NCBI GenBank assembly: GCA_944392155.1
Contig: CALXVR010000006.1
Location: forward strand, 997-64,996
DNA: 64,000 nt
Direction: 5' to 3'
Source: an uncultured Alphaproteobacteria bacterium
GTDB lineage: Bacteria > Pseudomonadota > Alphaproteobacteria > RF32 > CAG-239
The translations under genes were made by a program, and so were the position numbers. Below are positions 26,720-36,570 of the stretch, piece by piece. The notes beneath the pieces were generated by a model. That model was not told the origin of the DNA. It ran no database searches and saw only the letters and a program-made list of their open reading frames with translations. How positions within the stretch are numbered: position 1 is the first letter of the stretch; each line of letters starts with the position of its first letter.

Positions 26720-28359
26720 TGAGTTCTGACCACGCTACAAAATACACCATTACGACCCAAGCGGCTGCAAGCTGAATCGCCTGCATCCAAAGACTTAACC
26801 GGTCCTACACGTAAGTGGAACAATTCTTTACCTTGACCATCTGCCGGTGTATCGACCGAGAAGAACGGCTGATAGATGCCTAAGACGTCAGGATATTTAT
26901 TAGAGAGATTATCCCACAGGCGTTCCAGATTTGAAACATCGGCATCCGTACCCAATTCAATAGATATGTTTGAGCCCTCTGTGTTAAAACCACTTCCATA
27001 GCCATATTTTTGTGTCATATTGCGCATTCCCGCATCATACTGATTATTGTTACGAATGCGCTGCATTTTTGAGTAGTCAAACCCATCAGCTCCGGCGTAA
27101 TTTCCTGAAGGAGCACCATTTTGTCCGCCGGCAGGAACAATCATTTCTCCCGATCCTAATTGAACATCATATTGTCCGGGAACATTGCCAAATCCACCTT
27201 CATATCTGACAGACGGATTATTTCCATCGAACTCACTGCCGCCGTTTCCGCCCATATTACCCTGAGCGCGCTCGCCTCCCGGTAATGCAGGTGGAACATC
27301 CCAGCGGTTATCGTCAAAGTCTGTTGCGTAAGTGGCATCCTCCAGCCCAGCATCATCAGAACGACGCATTTTCAGACAAACAATTCTTTTGCCGTTGCGC
27401 ATGACCATATCACCTATTCCTTCAACAATAATCAAGCGGTTGTTTGGGCCTTTGGTTCTGAAGCCAACGGGGACTTCTATTCTTTCTACAATTAAGGTTA
27501 CAATAGGTCTTTGCGTCATGTTTAAGGCTTTTTCGCCCAAATCGATATAAGTAAAGATATCATCACGCCATACCCGCTCCGGAGCAATAACAACATCATC
27601 AGGATTGGGCACATAAATTTCTATATCAAAACGAAATTTGCTCGGGTCAAGCGGAATACTCTTTATCCAATCCGCCATTTGAAAACGTTTGGTAAAAGTA
27701 GAATCCACTGAATTTCCCGAACCTCCGCGGTTATAGTGACTTGCGTTAACGCCATAGCTTCCGCCTAAAGACGATGTTCTTGCACTTGAGGCACCAGCCC
27801 CGCCAGAGCCAGAAGGTCCATCTATTACTTCTATATCAATAATGGAGTTTGTTAAACGCTCCGTATTGACACCCTCACTCTTCACATAGAACACGTATTT
27901 ATTTCCGGAACGACCAAAAACGATGACGTTGGTGTCAACTCCGACATTCGCACCTTTTCTCGGATATAATAACAATGTGTTCGGACCAGATATTTGTCCG
28001 TCAAATGTTGCGTTGTCACCGATATAAATATCTTCAATAAGCTCCCAGTTTGGGAAATTAACCAAGGTCATCATTCCTTCGCGCAACCTTATCGGCAAGA
28101 CCAAATCAGGAGACCAGTAGTATTTGGAATAAGCAGGCTTACTTTGTCCCTCACCCAAATTTTGCATTGGGTCCAGCCATGCACTTTGTATCATACCTAA
28201 AGAGTTGAAGCCGGCATATCCTAAATTCATCGGCATATATTGTCCTTGGCTTTGATCAGCATTCTGATCAAGGCTATTCATTGTGGTCTGAGCATTCGCG
28301 TATCCACCTAAGAAAAACGACGCCATAAGAACGAATAATTTAACCGACCGTAAAATCAT
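26716..28359 (-). CDS. virB9: VirB9/TrbG/CagX with C-terminal SPOR domain
   Basis: Signal peptide; VirB9 motifs DTNVIVFGRSGNKYVF and PERVWRDDIFTYIDL; SPOR-like SIELG...LWDNL...HLRVGP...ACSRL...C. Confidence 0.85.
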   Translation of the reverse strand: MILRSVKLFVLMASFFLGGYANAQTTMNSLDQNADQSQGQYMPMNLGYAGFNSLGMIQSAWLDPMQNLGEGQSKPAYSKYYWSPDLVLPIRLREGMMTLVNFPNWELIEDIYIGDNATFDGQISGPNTLLLYPRKGANVGVDTNVIVFGRSGNKYVFYVKSEGVNTERLTNSIIDIEVIDGPSGSGGAGASSARTSSLGGSYGVNASHYNRGGSGNSVDSTFTKRFQMADWIKSIPLDPSKFRFDIEIYVPNPDDVVIAPERVWRDDIFTYIDLGEKALNMTQRPIVTLIVERIEVPVGFRTKGPNNRLIIVEGIGDMVMRNGKRIVCLKMRRSDDAGLEDATYATDFDDNRWDVPPALPGGERAQGNMGGNGGSEFDGNNPSVRYEGGFGNVPGQYDVQLGSGEMIVPAGGQNGAPSGNYAGADGFDYSKMQRIRNNNQYDAGMRNMTQKYGYGSGFNTEGSNISIELGTDADVSNLERLWDNLSNKYPDVLGIYQPFFSVDTPADGQGKELFHLRVGPVKSLDAGDSACSRLGRNGVFCSVVRTQ

Positions 28360-28380
28360 TATTTAAACACCCTATAAAAC

Positions 28381-29109
28381 CTACTTAACTTTATTATATG
28401 TTAACGAATACCTTACAACCGTAAATCCTACCGGATTTTTTAATCTCTCACCATATTTAACTCTTTTATTTCTGCTATATACTATACGTAACGATGCCGT
28501 CCAGTAGTTAACCTCAGGCGCAGGAGAATCTGGATACATATCTTGCGTTTCATACTCCACTTGCCACAAGCCGCGCCCCAATTCATTAACCGTTAAGATG
28601 CGAACATTACGCTGCAGAGACCTTGCCCTTATCAAATCCAATGCGTTTTTGGCCGTCTTTTCCAAAAACTCCGTATAGACCGCCGACGATGACATCTCTT
28701 GCACCGGTCCACCAGGCATCCAGCGGGCTTCCATTTCCGGGATATCTCGATCAAAGGAGCTTCTCAACAAAACGTACTGACGAACAAAAACTTCCGTAAT
28801 TGACTTTTGATCTTCCATTCGACCTTTAATCGGCTGGATATTGTATACTTGTTCTTCTTTACTTTGGAATGTGAGCAAAAACGGCTCTACTCTATACAAG
28901 GGCAACACTTGAGCTATAGCCAGAAGCAGCACAATATTGCAACATAAACTTATTGCCGTGATAATGGCGAAAGCGCGCGCTGTCCAAAGATATCTTTTTT
29001 CTCCGACATTCGCGACGAACACATCCTCTGAACGAGGCTGACGCCTAGCTCGGACATTACCACCGATTAGTTTTTGCTGCGTATTGTTTCCTTCCAGCTG
29101 GTTTGGCAT
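28381..29109 (-). CDS. virB8: VirB8 paralog A
   Basis: Single TM, VEPFLL, FVRQYVLLR, MSSSAVY, NPVGFTVVRY. Confidence 0.85.
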   Translation of the reverse strand: MPNQLEGNNTQQKLIGGNVRARRQPRSEDVFVANVGEKRYLWTARAFAIITAISLCCNIVLLLAIAQVLPLYRVEPFLLTFQSKEEQVYNIQPIKGRMEDQKSITEVFVRQYVLLRSSFDRDIPEMEARWMPGGPVQEMSSSAVYTEFLEKTAKNALDLIRARSLQRNVRILTVNELGRGLWQVEYETQDMYPDSPAPEVNYWTASLRIVYSRNKRVKYGERLKNPVGFTVVRYSLTYNKVK

Positions 29110-29126
29110 GGCTTTGCTCTACCTCA

Positions 29127-29315
29127 TTAAATAGTTTCTACAAACCAATCCGGCAGATTTTTAGGGAGTTCCACCTGCAAACATGCGCATGGAGATAATT
29201 TAAGCTCATCAACACCTTTACCGACGCCGACAGGTTCCGCCTCATAATACGACCCAAAAATGCCGCACGCCGTGAGCATAAGTAACACAAATAGCATAAT
29301 AAATTTTTTGTACAT
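29127..29315 (-). CDS. small lipoprotein, VirB7-like
   Basis: 62 aa, lipobox LMLTAC, additional CAC motif, located between the two virB8 genes. Confidence 0.6.
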   Translation of the reverse strand: MYKKFIMLFVLLMLTACGIFGSYYEAEPVGVGKGVDELKLSPCACLQVELPKNLPDWFVETI

Positions 29316-29432
29316 GGACTTTAATCCTTATTATTGTATACGCGTATAGATATTATGAACTTAAACTTTTTTATTTTAAAAGTCTAACCCCATGAGCCAA
29401 AATCCCCAACTTATCAACAAGCAATAATATTT

Positions 29433-30215
29433 TTAGTATATTTCGACTTCTGTTTGTGAGTAGCGGGTTACGGTAAAGCCTATCGGGTTAATCAGACGCA
29501 GACCGACAAACTCTCGCCCTCTTAAGAAATATGCCGTTACGGAGGCAGTCCAATAGCGCGTACTTAAAATGAGTGCTCGTGTGTTTTGGTTTCGCATATT
29601 TGTAGAAAGATCATAGGTTTTGAAATCGACTTTCCATACCGGGCTTTTCTCACCGCCAAGTTTTCCGAGGGAAATAATTTCCACTTCGCGGACCATTTCC
29701 GCATCGATAATCCGGCTCCAAACACTTTCTCTGTATGCTGAAAACTGATTAAAGACATAGTCCGAAGACAAAAAATTAATCATGCCTCCGGGAAACCATC
29801 TTGTCTGCATTTCTTTTTCATCTGCGATAATTGTGTTTCTTAGCAAAACATACTGACGGACAAATGTTTCCATTAGTTGGTTTTTAGAGGCCATAGTATA
29901 TGATATCGGCTCATATCTGACAATTCCGTCCGAGTTGTCTTGTTTGATGATTAAAAAAGGCTCTACACTTACTTGCGGCGCAAGCTTAAACAACGCTAAA
30001 GACGAGCTCATAAAGACACTTAGCGATATTACGGAAAAGAAGATAAACAGACGGGAAAGCCACATATAATATTTTAGTTTGAAGCCCTCTACCTCTTTTT
30101 CCGCCTCGCTGACGAATTCTCTCTGCTGACCATTGCCATCAGTCAGCGAAAGAATTTTCGTCCCTTCTAATATTTTATCTTTTTCGCTCATTTTTTCTCT
30201 ATCAATATGCCGCAC
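29433..30215 (-). CDS. virB8: VirB8 paralog B
   Basis: Single TM, VEPFLI, FVRQYVLLR, NPIGFTVTRY. Confidence 0.85.
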   Translation of the reverse strand: MRHIDREKMSEKDKILEGTKILSLTDGNGQQREFVSEAEKEVEGFKLKYYMWLSRLFIFFSVISLSVFMSSSLALFKLAPQVSVEPFLIIKQDNSDGIVRYEPISYTMASKNQLMETFVRQYVLLRNTIIADEKEMQTRWFPGGMINFLSSDYVFNQFSAYRESVWSRIIDAEMVREVEIISLGKLGGEKSPVWKVDFKTYDLSTNMRNQNTRALILSTRYWTASVTAYFLRGREFVGLRLINPIGFTVTRYSQTEVEIY

Positions 30216-33200
30216 AGAACGGTCGTTTGAAGTTATTTAATTGCTTTTGAAACTCTTCTTCAACTTTTTTATCATATTCACCGACGACACTTTTATTTAC
30301 CTCTTCCGTCTTTATTTGTTCGTCAAGTTCACTGTCTGACGGAGAGTTCTCGTTGAGAGATATGAGTTCATCTTTATCTTTCCTCAAAGCGGTAAAAATA
30401 CGCTTAATTTTGTTTAATCTTTCTTCTACGACCTCATTATCCGAGGCATCAACATTTTTAATTTCCTCAAAGCTTTCTTCAACCAACTCGTTTTTGTACA
30501 TATCAAGATTATTGCGGGCCAGCTCATAATCTTCTTCTTTAGATATATCAAAATCATCTGATGGCGCAAAACCTGCTTCCGTCAATTGTTCTTTCAGCAT
30601 ATCATTTGCTTCTTTTAGACTTGCAGCAAGTTCTTCAAGAGCTTGACGATACGTAATCTCAACTTCTACAAAGTTTAAGAAGTCTCCTATTTGATTTATA
30701 TTATAAGGCGCATTATTAAAAATTTCGTCTTTCAGATTTGTTTTGTATTCGCTGTTTGCATCATTTTGCTCTTTTTCTATGGCTTTTAAGTGTTCAAAGA
30801 CTTCTAAGACTTTATCCGTAAAACGAAGTCCGCCATTTTCAACCGCCTTCAACAATGTTCCCAGTTCGCTCGGATTTCCTATACTTTCTTTAGGCTGAAC
30901 GGCGGCCGGACCCTCTGTGTCTGCTTCTATATCTCTAATCGTATAGAAAAATTTGAGTCCCAAACCTTGATTACCTATAAGCTCTATTTCCTGACACATA
31001 GGAAGTTTGCTTTCATCAACAGAAACTCCGGCATTACCTGTTTTTGTTATTTTATCTTCTATGTAAACGCCTATTTTTTTCAAAAACTCTCTTGTAGCGA
31101 GATTTTCAGCGCTATTATTATTCCCTCCCGAACCGGTGCTGTTTCCTGATGCATCGGTTATTTCGCTTACCACCATATACTGTCCATCATAGGGGTCTAT
31201 ATCTATTATTTTATCGTCCAAACGACATGGATACCTACCGCCTCGCATGAAATTTGCTTCTCTGCCGCTACCGGCTTCCAGTATACTTGATAAATTTACA
31301 CCTTGTTCCACAAAGATATCTTCTTGGAGAATCTTCTGCCAGATAAGCGGGATTTCTTCTCCATAGTTGAGGAAACCATCTTTTGAGACAATGCCATCTG
31401 TTGTTTGCGGAACATTGTCGTAGCTTACCGTATCAAAGCGCACGACCTCTCTTGCCGGAGGCATATACATTTCCGGAGCTGCTTTCGGTGCTGCAAAATC
31501 TTTATCTTTTGGCTGCAACCCTATAAAATATTCTTCATCAGCCACTTGGCAACGACCACCAGAACAAGCCTTTTGAGTTATGACCGTTTGGAAAAGTGTG
31601 GATAATGCTTGTGTAACTCCGGAAGCTCCGCCCAGTTCTTTTAATAAAGAAATTGATTCCATAAGTTTTTCCGGAGGAATATTTTGAAGTTCGTCCATTA
31701 ATTCCGCATGGCGTTTAACAACCATCGGTGAACTTCCGGGCAAATATAACTCGTCTCCCAATTTATATATATCTGAACGGGCTTTTTCTATGGCTTCAAC
31801 GGCATAATTTTTGGTATCATCTATCAAGCCTTCCGCCTTGCTGATAATTCCTTTGACGGATGCCGTTCCTATAAAGTCACCAATAACCGTTCGCTCAACA
31901 TTTTCTCTATAAATGCTCAACAATCCTTGAGCCGCTTTTGCCGCTTTGCTGTCTCTTATCTTTTGTCTTTCCGCCTCAAAAGCCGCTGCAAATTGTTCCT
32001 CAATCTCCTGAACTTTTTTAACATAATCTTCTTCGACTTTTTTTATCTTTTCTTCAACATCGCTTAGCTGTTTTTTCAGTTCTTCTATTTTTTCTTCCTG
32101 TGTTTTGGCCATGGTTTTATTGCGGCTTATCTCAGGCTCCGTCGCAACTTTCTTTTCTTGGCTTGCCTTTATGCTTTCTTTGGCAAAACTTTGCGCAACG
32201 GAATCTCCCGTATCTTCTTCTCCGTTGGCTCGACCATATGCCGCAACATCATTAGCTTGCTCCAACAATACCTGCATATCTTCCGTATCTGATTGTGCCG
32301 TTAATTTTTCTTCTTCCAGCTGATTTATTCTATTGTTAAAATTATTCAACGAATCAACGGCAGCATCTATGTTGGCTTTGATTATATTTTTTTGTTCTTC
32401 CAATGGCTTTAAGGCATTATCTCGAGATTTTTTTGCGCTTTCCAAGGCTGCTTGTTTTTGCGCAGCAACTTCTTTTAACGCATTGTTTTCTTCTTCATCT
32501 TCCTCTTCGTCATCTTTGACAAATCCGGCTAAGCTGCTCAGTTCTTTGGCATTGTATGCTTTTACCTCAGGATCCTTCGTCAGAATATTGTTGAGGTCTT
32601 GAGCTATATCCAGTGCTATTTTATTAAATTGAAGCGCAGAAATATATTCTTTTATGTTATTATATTTTCCATCTATATATTGATTATAAAAATTTCTTTG
32701 ATCATTCCATATCGGAAAACGAACTTTTGCCGTTCCCCATTTCGGGCTTGATGAATATTGGTCTTCAGCAAGCTTTTTAGCTGCTTCGGCGCCTATTTTC
32801 CATGCGACAAGTTCCGTTTCTCTATTAATGGCTTCTGTTTTTTCCGTGTCACTTGGATTTGTCAGTTTCTTATTTTCTTCGTCAAACTTCTTTTCATTTT
32901 CTTCTCGTTTGCTCAAATCCGTCGTATCAACAACTTCTATCTGATTAACAATACCGTCATCACTGTCTATTCCGGCTGTCTTTTCTGCTTTTGCTATTTC
33001 AAAAGCATTAATTGCCCAAGCTGAAATACCTGTGCGTAGGTCATAGTTTGCCGTATTTTCATCCGAGATAGGTCCGCCTGTCCATACTTTTTCAGGTTCC
33101 GTATAGTAACGATTTAGATATTGTAAAACGCATTTGTCAGATAATCTCAGCATTTCGACAGATTTGTCATGAAGTTGTTTAAAACGATTGTATTTAGATG

Positions 33201-34443
33201 CGTTTTCTTTGTAGGATGGCAATGATTGGATTAAATTGTGAATTTCCAATGCTTTGCTCATTTTTTCAAAAATAGTATCCAGCTTGTTGAGCTCCTCCAT
33301 TTTCTCTTCATTGCCATCAAAAGGTGAACTTATTTTTGGCAGAGGAGCTACTGTATAGCTGACCAAAGATGCCGTTGTCGGGTCATATTCATAATCATCC
33401 GAAGTTTCATCTTCAGTGTTTTCTGCTACAGAAGCTTTTTGTGAAGTTGAGACACTCGTGCTGAACATTCCTATGGCTTCTTGGCGTGACAGAGCTGTTG
33501 CCTTTTCTTGTTTTTGTTTGGCAAAAGATGTTATGGATGCGCCTCCGTTACTGCTGATAACGGGCTGACTGCTCGTTTTTACGGCCTGAAAATCATTTAA
33601 GTCAACAAGTTGGGCAAAAGCCAAAATTTCTTTGCCCTGACGAACACTGCTCGAAGCAAATTGAACGGTATCTCTTCTATCTAAAAACGAACTCTTCTTA
33701 CTTTTCTTTTTGCTTGCAGGCGGAATGCTTTCTCTTACGGCATATGCCGCTTCAAGTTGGGCGCGCATTGCGGCGAGTTCTTCGGTTATTTTAAGCAGCT
33801 CATTCATGGTATCATAAGCTGTATAGTTATTTTTCCATGTTCCGTTATTGTCATCTCCCTTTTCGGCGCCTCCGCTTGTGTTCTCGCCTGTTACCAAAGA
33901 AGGGGTTAATTCTTGGAATCTTTTTTCAAGCTCATCAAGAGTTTTTTCCAATTCCCTTGCCGAAACATAGGTTTCTACAACCGTATCTTGGTAAAACTCA
34001 TATGCTTTTTGACGATATGCATCGTTAACATCTGTTTTATCTGATGGGTATGCTAAGAATAATTTGTAGAACGCCTTTTTTACCGAGCTTGGTTTTTCGA
34101 TGTCTGCAATCTTACATTTAGCTATTTTTCTGGTTCCAGGAATTGCGCGGTCTTTATTTTTTTCCTTTTTGGTCGGCATAAAACCTTTTACCGTTCCCGC
34201 AACACTTTCCTTCACAGATTTTGCAATTTTTGTTTGTTCTTGCTTTACTTTGGTTACAGCAGAACTAGTGTTGTTTGCGACTTGGGCAGCATAGTCCAGT
34301 GTCATACTTACGTCTTCAAGCGGAGCTCCCGTTATTGTAAATGGACCGGGGGGCAGCAAAAATGCCGCAGCATTATATGCTACTCCGACAACCAGAGCCG
34401 CTAAAAAGGAGAGAACAGATATTTTAGATAAAAAAGCTCGCAT
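30202..34443 (-). CDS. giant secreted coiled-coil protein with an N-terminal VirB5-like helical segment
   Basis: Signal peptide ending AAA, extensive coiled coil, scattered Cys; lies in the virB5 slot. Confidence 0.55.
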   Translation of the reverse strand: MRAFLSKISVLSFLAALVVGVAYNAAAFLLPPGPFTITGAPLEDVSMTLDYAAQVANNTSSAVTKVKQEQTKIAKSVKESVAGTVKGFMPTKKEKNKDRAIPGTRKIAKCKIADIEKPSSVKKAFYKLFLAYPSDKTDVNDAYRQKAYEFYQDTVVETYVSARELEKTLDELEKRFQELTPSLVTGENTSGGAEKGDDNNGTWKNNYTAYDTMNELLKITEELAAMRAQLEAAYAVRESIPPASKKKSKKSSFLDRRDTVQFASSSVRQGKEILAFAQLVDLNDFQAVKTSSQPVISSNGGASITSFAKQKQEKATALSRQEAIGMFSTSVSTSQKASVAENTEDETSDDYEYDPTTASLVSYTVAPLPKISSPFDGNEEKMEELNKLDTIFEKMSKALEIHNLIQSLPSYKENASKYNRFKQLHDKSVEMLRLSDKCVLQYLNRYYTEPEKVWTGGPISDENTANYDLRTGISAWAINAFEIAKAEKTAGIDSDDGIVNQIEVVDTTDLSKREENEKKFDEENKKLTNPSDTEKTEAINRETELVAWKIGAEAAKKLAEDQYSSSPKWGTAKVRFPIWNDQRNFYNQYIDGKYNNIKEYISALQFNKIALDIAQDLNNILTKDPEVKAYNAKELSSLAGFVKDDEEEDEEENNALKEVAAQKQAALESAKKSRDNALKPLEEQKNIIKANIDAAVDSLNNFNNRINQLEEEKLTAQSDTEDMQVLLEQANDVAAYGRANGEEDTGDSVAQSFAKESIKASQEKKVATEPEISRNKTMAKTQEEKIEELKKQLSDVEEKIKKVEEDYVKKVQEIEEQFAAAFEAERQKIRDSKAAKAAQGLLSIYRENVERTVIGDFIGTASVKGIISKAEGLIDDTKNYAVEAIEKARSDIYKLGDELYLPGSSPMVVKRHAELMDELQNIPPEKLMESISLLKELGGASGVTQALSTLFQTVITQKACSGGRCQVADEEYFIGLQPKDKDFAAPKAAPEMYMPPAREVVRFDTVSYDNVPQTTDGIVSKDGFLNYGEEIPLIWQKILQEDIFVEQGVNLSSILEAGSGREANFMRGGRYPCRLDDKIIDIDPYDGQYMVVSEITDASGNSTGSGGNNNSAENLATREFLKKIGVYIEDKITKTGNAGVSVDESKLPMCQEIELIGNQGLGLKFFYTIRDIEADTEGPAAVQPKESIGNPSELGTLLKAVENGGLRFTDKVLEVFEHLKAIEKEQNDANSEYKTNLKDEIFNNAPYNINQIGDFLNFVEVEITYRQALEELAASLKEANDMLKEQLTEAGFAPSDDFDISKEEDYELARNNLDMYKNELVEESFEEIKNVDASDNEVVEERLNKIKRIFTALRKDKDELISLNENSPSDSELDEQIKTEEVNKSVVGEYDKKVEEEFQKQLNNFKRPFCAAY

Positions 34444-34454
34444 TTTCCGTCTCC

Positions 34455-35903
34455 TTATTCACTTGCAGCACCACTACGCGCACGACTTAATTCTTCGTCA
34501 ACATTTACCGGAGTTATGTCTTGGACACCTGCTTCATCAACGCCCTCATATTTTCCGCTTTTTGATCTTGCTTGTCGTAATTCTTCCTTAACCGCTTCCA
34601 GAGGATCGTTTGTTGCTTCTTCCGCTTCGCTGTCATTGTTATCTGCGGCATCATTTAACATATCTTCGGCAGCGCCTTTTACGCCCTTATCTTTTATATC
34701 TTTTGCCAAATCCAGCAATTTTTCTGCTTTTGACTTTCCATCAAAGATATAATCATCCAGATTAAACTCCGTTACGTCTTTGTCATAACGTGTCAGTTTC
34801 CAGTTATTGGATAAATTATTTAATTCGTTTGCCGTTCTCATTTTCAAATCATTCACCATCATTCGGGTATATTCCAGTACGGCGTTTATATTTTCAACTT
34901 TGAGCTGGATATCCATACCCAATGATGCTGAAGAACCTTCCATCTGAGGAACATTTTCTTGTACTTCCGAAGCCGTTTCATTATTATCGTAGCGCGTTTT
35001 TTTCACCCGCCATGTATTATTAAAAGCGGCAACAGTATCGTTAAGTGCATTTACTTTGCGGTAAATTTTACGAGGCGTAATATTTTCAACCGTGAGATCA
35101 TCATTTTCAGCTAAGAAATTGTTTTTTATCATTTCGTTCATGGCTGCAGAAACTTCTTCATCACCATTATTCAGGAATGAGCTAAGTTTTTTTGCAGCAG
35201 CATCGCCGGCCTTGGCAAGAGCCTCTTCACGAAGAGCCAAAATCTTACTTTCTACGGCAGCAATTTGCGATTGATATTTGGAAGTAATGGTATCTGATAC
35301 CGAATCCAGCTCTTTTTTATAATTATTTATTTCGCCTTCGTAATACGCTATTTGAGACTCATAGTCGAGCTTATTATTTGGCTCCCATGATATCATATTT
35401 TGCAGTTTGGCAATATTTTCTTCCGCTAGACTTATTTTTCCATTTAGCTCAGCTTGCGCTGCTGCTATTTCGTCATCTCTTTGGGCTTCCAGAGCCATTT
35501 TTTGGGCATTAAGCTCTAGCAGCTCCTGAGCATCTTCTGTTTTTGATAGGATATCTCCCGTTGCCGAGCCAACTGCATCTTGCGCACCGGACACAGCATC
35601 TCCGACAACTCCGGCACTTTCTTCTGCCAGAGATTGCACATCTGAAGCCGCTGTGTTAATTGCACCTTGGACTTCTTTCAGCTTTTTGGCTGTTTCAACT
35701 GCGCCTTTACCCATGGCAATCATGGTTTGCAGCGTGGCAGACTGTTCCATCTGCTTTTTGGCTGTTTCTAACCAACCTGAAACAGTTGTTGTTACTTTGC
35801 CGACATTTTTGGATATATCAATTTTCAAGGTCGCAGATGCCGATGAAACTGACATAAAAATGCATATAAGTGCTATGATGCTTGTTCGGAAAGGTTTTCT
35901 CAT
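34455..35903 (-). CDS. secreted helical protein, VirB5/TrbJ-like
   Basis: Signal peptide ending ASA, coiled coil, helical C-domain similar to neighbours; virB5 slot. Confidence 0.5.
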   Translation of the reverse strand: MRKPFRTSIIALICIFMSVSSASATLKIDISKNVGKVTTTVSGWLETAKKQMEQSATLQTMIAMGKGAVETAKKLKEVQGAINTAASDVQSLAEESAGVVGDAVSGAQDAVGSATGDILSKTEDAQELLELNAQKMALEAQRDDEIAAAQAELNGKISLAEENIAKLQNMISWEPNNKLDYESQIAYYEGEINNYKKELDSVSDTITSKYQSQIAAVESKILALREEALAKAGDAAAKKLSSFLNNGDEEVSAAMNEMIKNNFLAENDDLTVENITPRKIYRKVNALNDTVAAFNNTWRVKKTRYDNNETASEVQENVPQMEGSSASLGMDIQLKVENINAVLEYTRMMVNDLKMRTANELNNLSNNWKLTRYDKDVTEFNLDDYIFDGKSKAEKLLDLAKDIKDKGVKGAAEDMLNDAADNNDSEAEEATNDPLEAVKEELRQARSKSGKYEGVDEAGVQDITPVNVDEELSRARSGAASE

Positions 35904-36568
35904 TTTTCACCTCCCGTTTCGCTGTCTTCTTTTTCATCAACGGCATATGCCATCGCTTTTTGCGTTATTCTGAATTCTGAAGTCGCGGCCTCAAGTTTCA
36001 TGACATTACGCAGACGTCTGAGCATTTCTGCCGCTTTTTTATTTGTCAGCTTTATAAGTTCACGCGTATCTTTCATATCATTTTCCGGCTCGGTGGTCTG
36101 ACGTTCTTTGGCGAGCAATGATCTGGTTGTAAATGCCACGGCGTACAGATTAGCAACGTTTTCGCGTTGTATATCCATCATCTTTTCATTTTGTTCTTGG
36201 GCAACTTGGTTATCATTTCCTTGGCCTGCCTGCCTGTTATATGCACTTTCGACCTGCTCTTGCGCTTTTCCAATATTGTTAATATCAGGAATTTCGGTCG
36301 GTACCATGTTTAGAAGTTCTTCATCCACACCCAAAGGATCAGATTTTACCTCATTTATTTTTTGTACCACATTTCCGACACCTTCAGAAGCGGAGCGTTT
36401 CATTTCCTCAGCCAAAGACAATTGGTTTTCTACATAGTTTTTACTGTTTTCTAAAACGCCCAAATATTCCTGCACTTTTTGAAACGGCTCAATATCTGCA
36501 TAGGCCGGTGTTGCCGCACTCAGCAGCGCCAGAATAAAAACGGGTAATGTCAGATAAACCTTGTTCAT
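35900..36568 (-). CDS. secreted helical protein of canonical VirB5 size
   Basis: Signal peptide ending AYA, 222 aa, all-helical; virB5 slot. Confidence 0.55.
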   Translation of the reverse strand: MNKVYLTLPVFILALLSAATPAYADIEPFQKVQEYLGVLENSKNYVENQLSLAEEMKRSASEGVGNVVQKINEVKSDPLGVDEELLNMVPTEIPDINNIGKAQEQVESAYNRQAGQGNDNQVAQEQNEKMMDIQRENVANLYAVAFTTRSLLAKERQTTEPENDMKDTRELIKLTNKKAAEMLRRLRNVMKLEAATSEFRITQKAMAYAVDEKEDSETGGEK

Positions 36569-36570
36569 TG

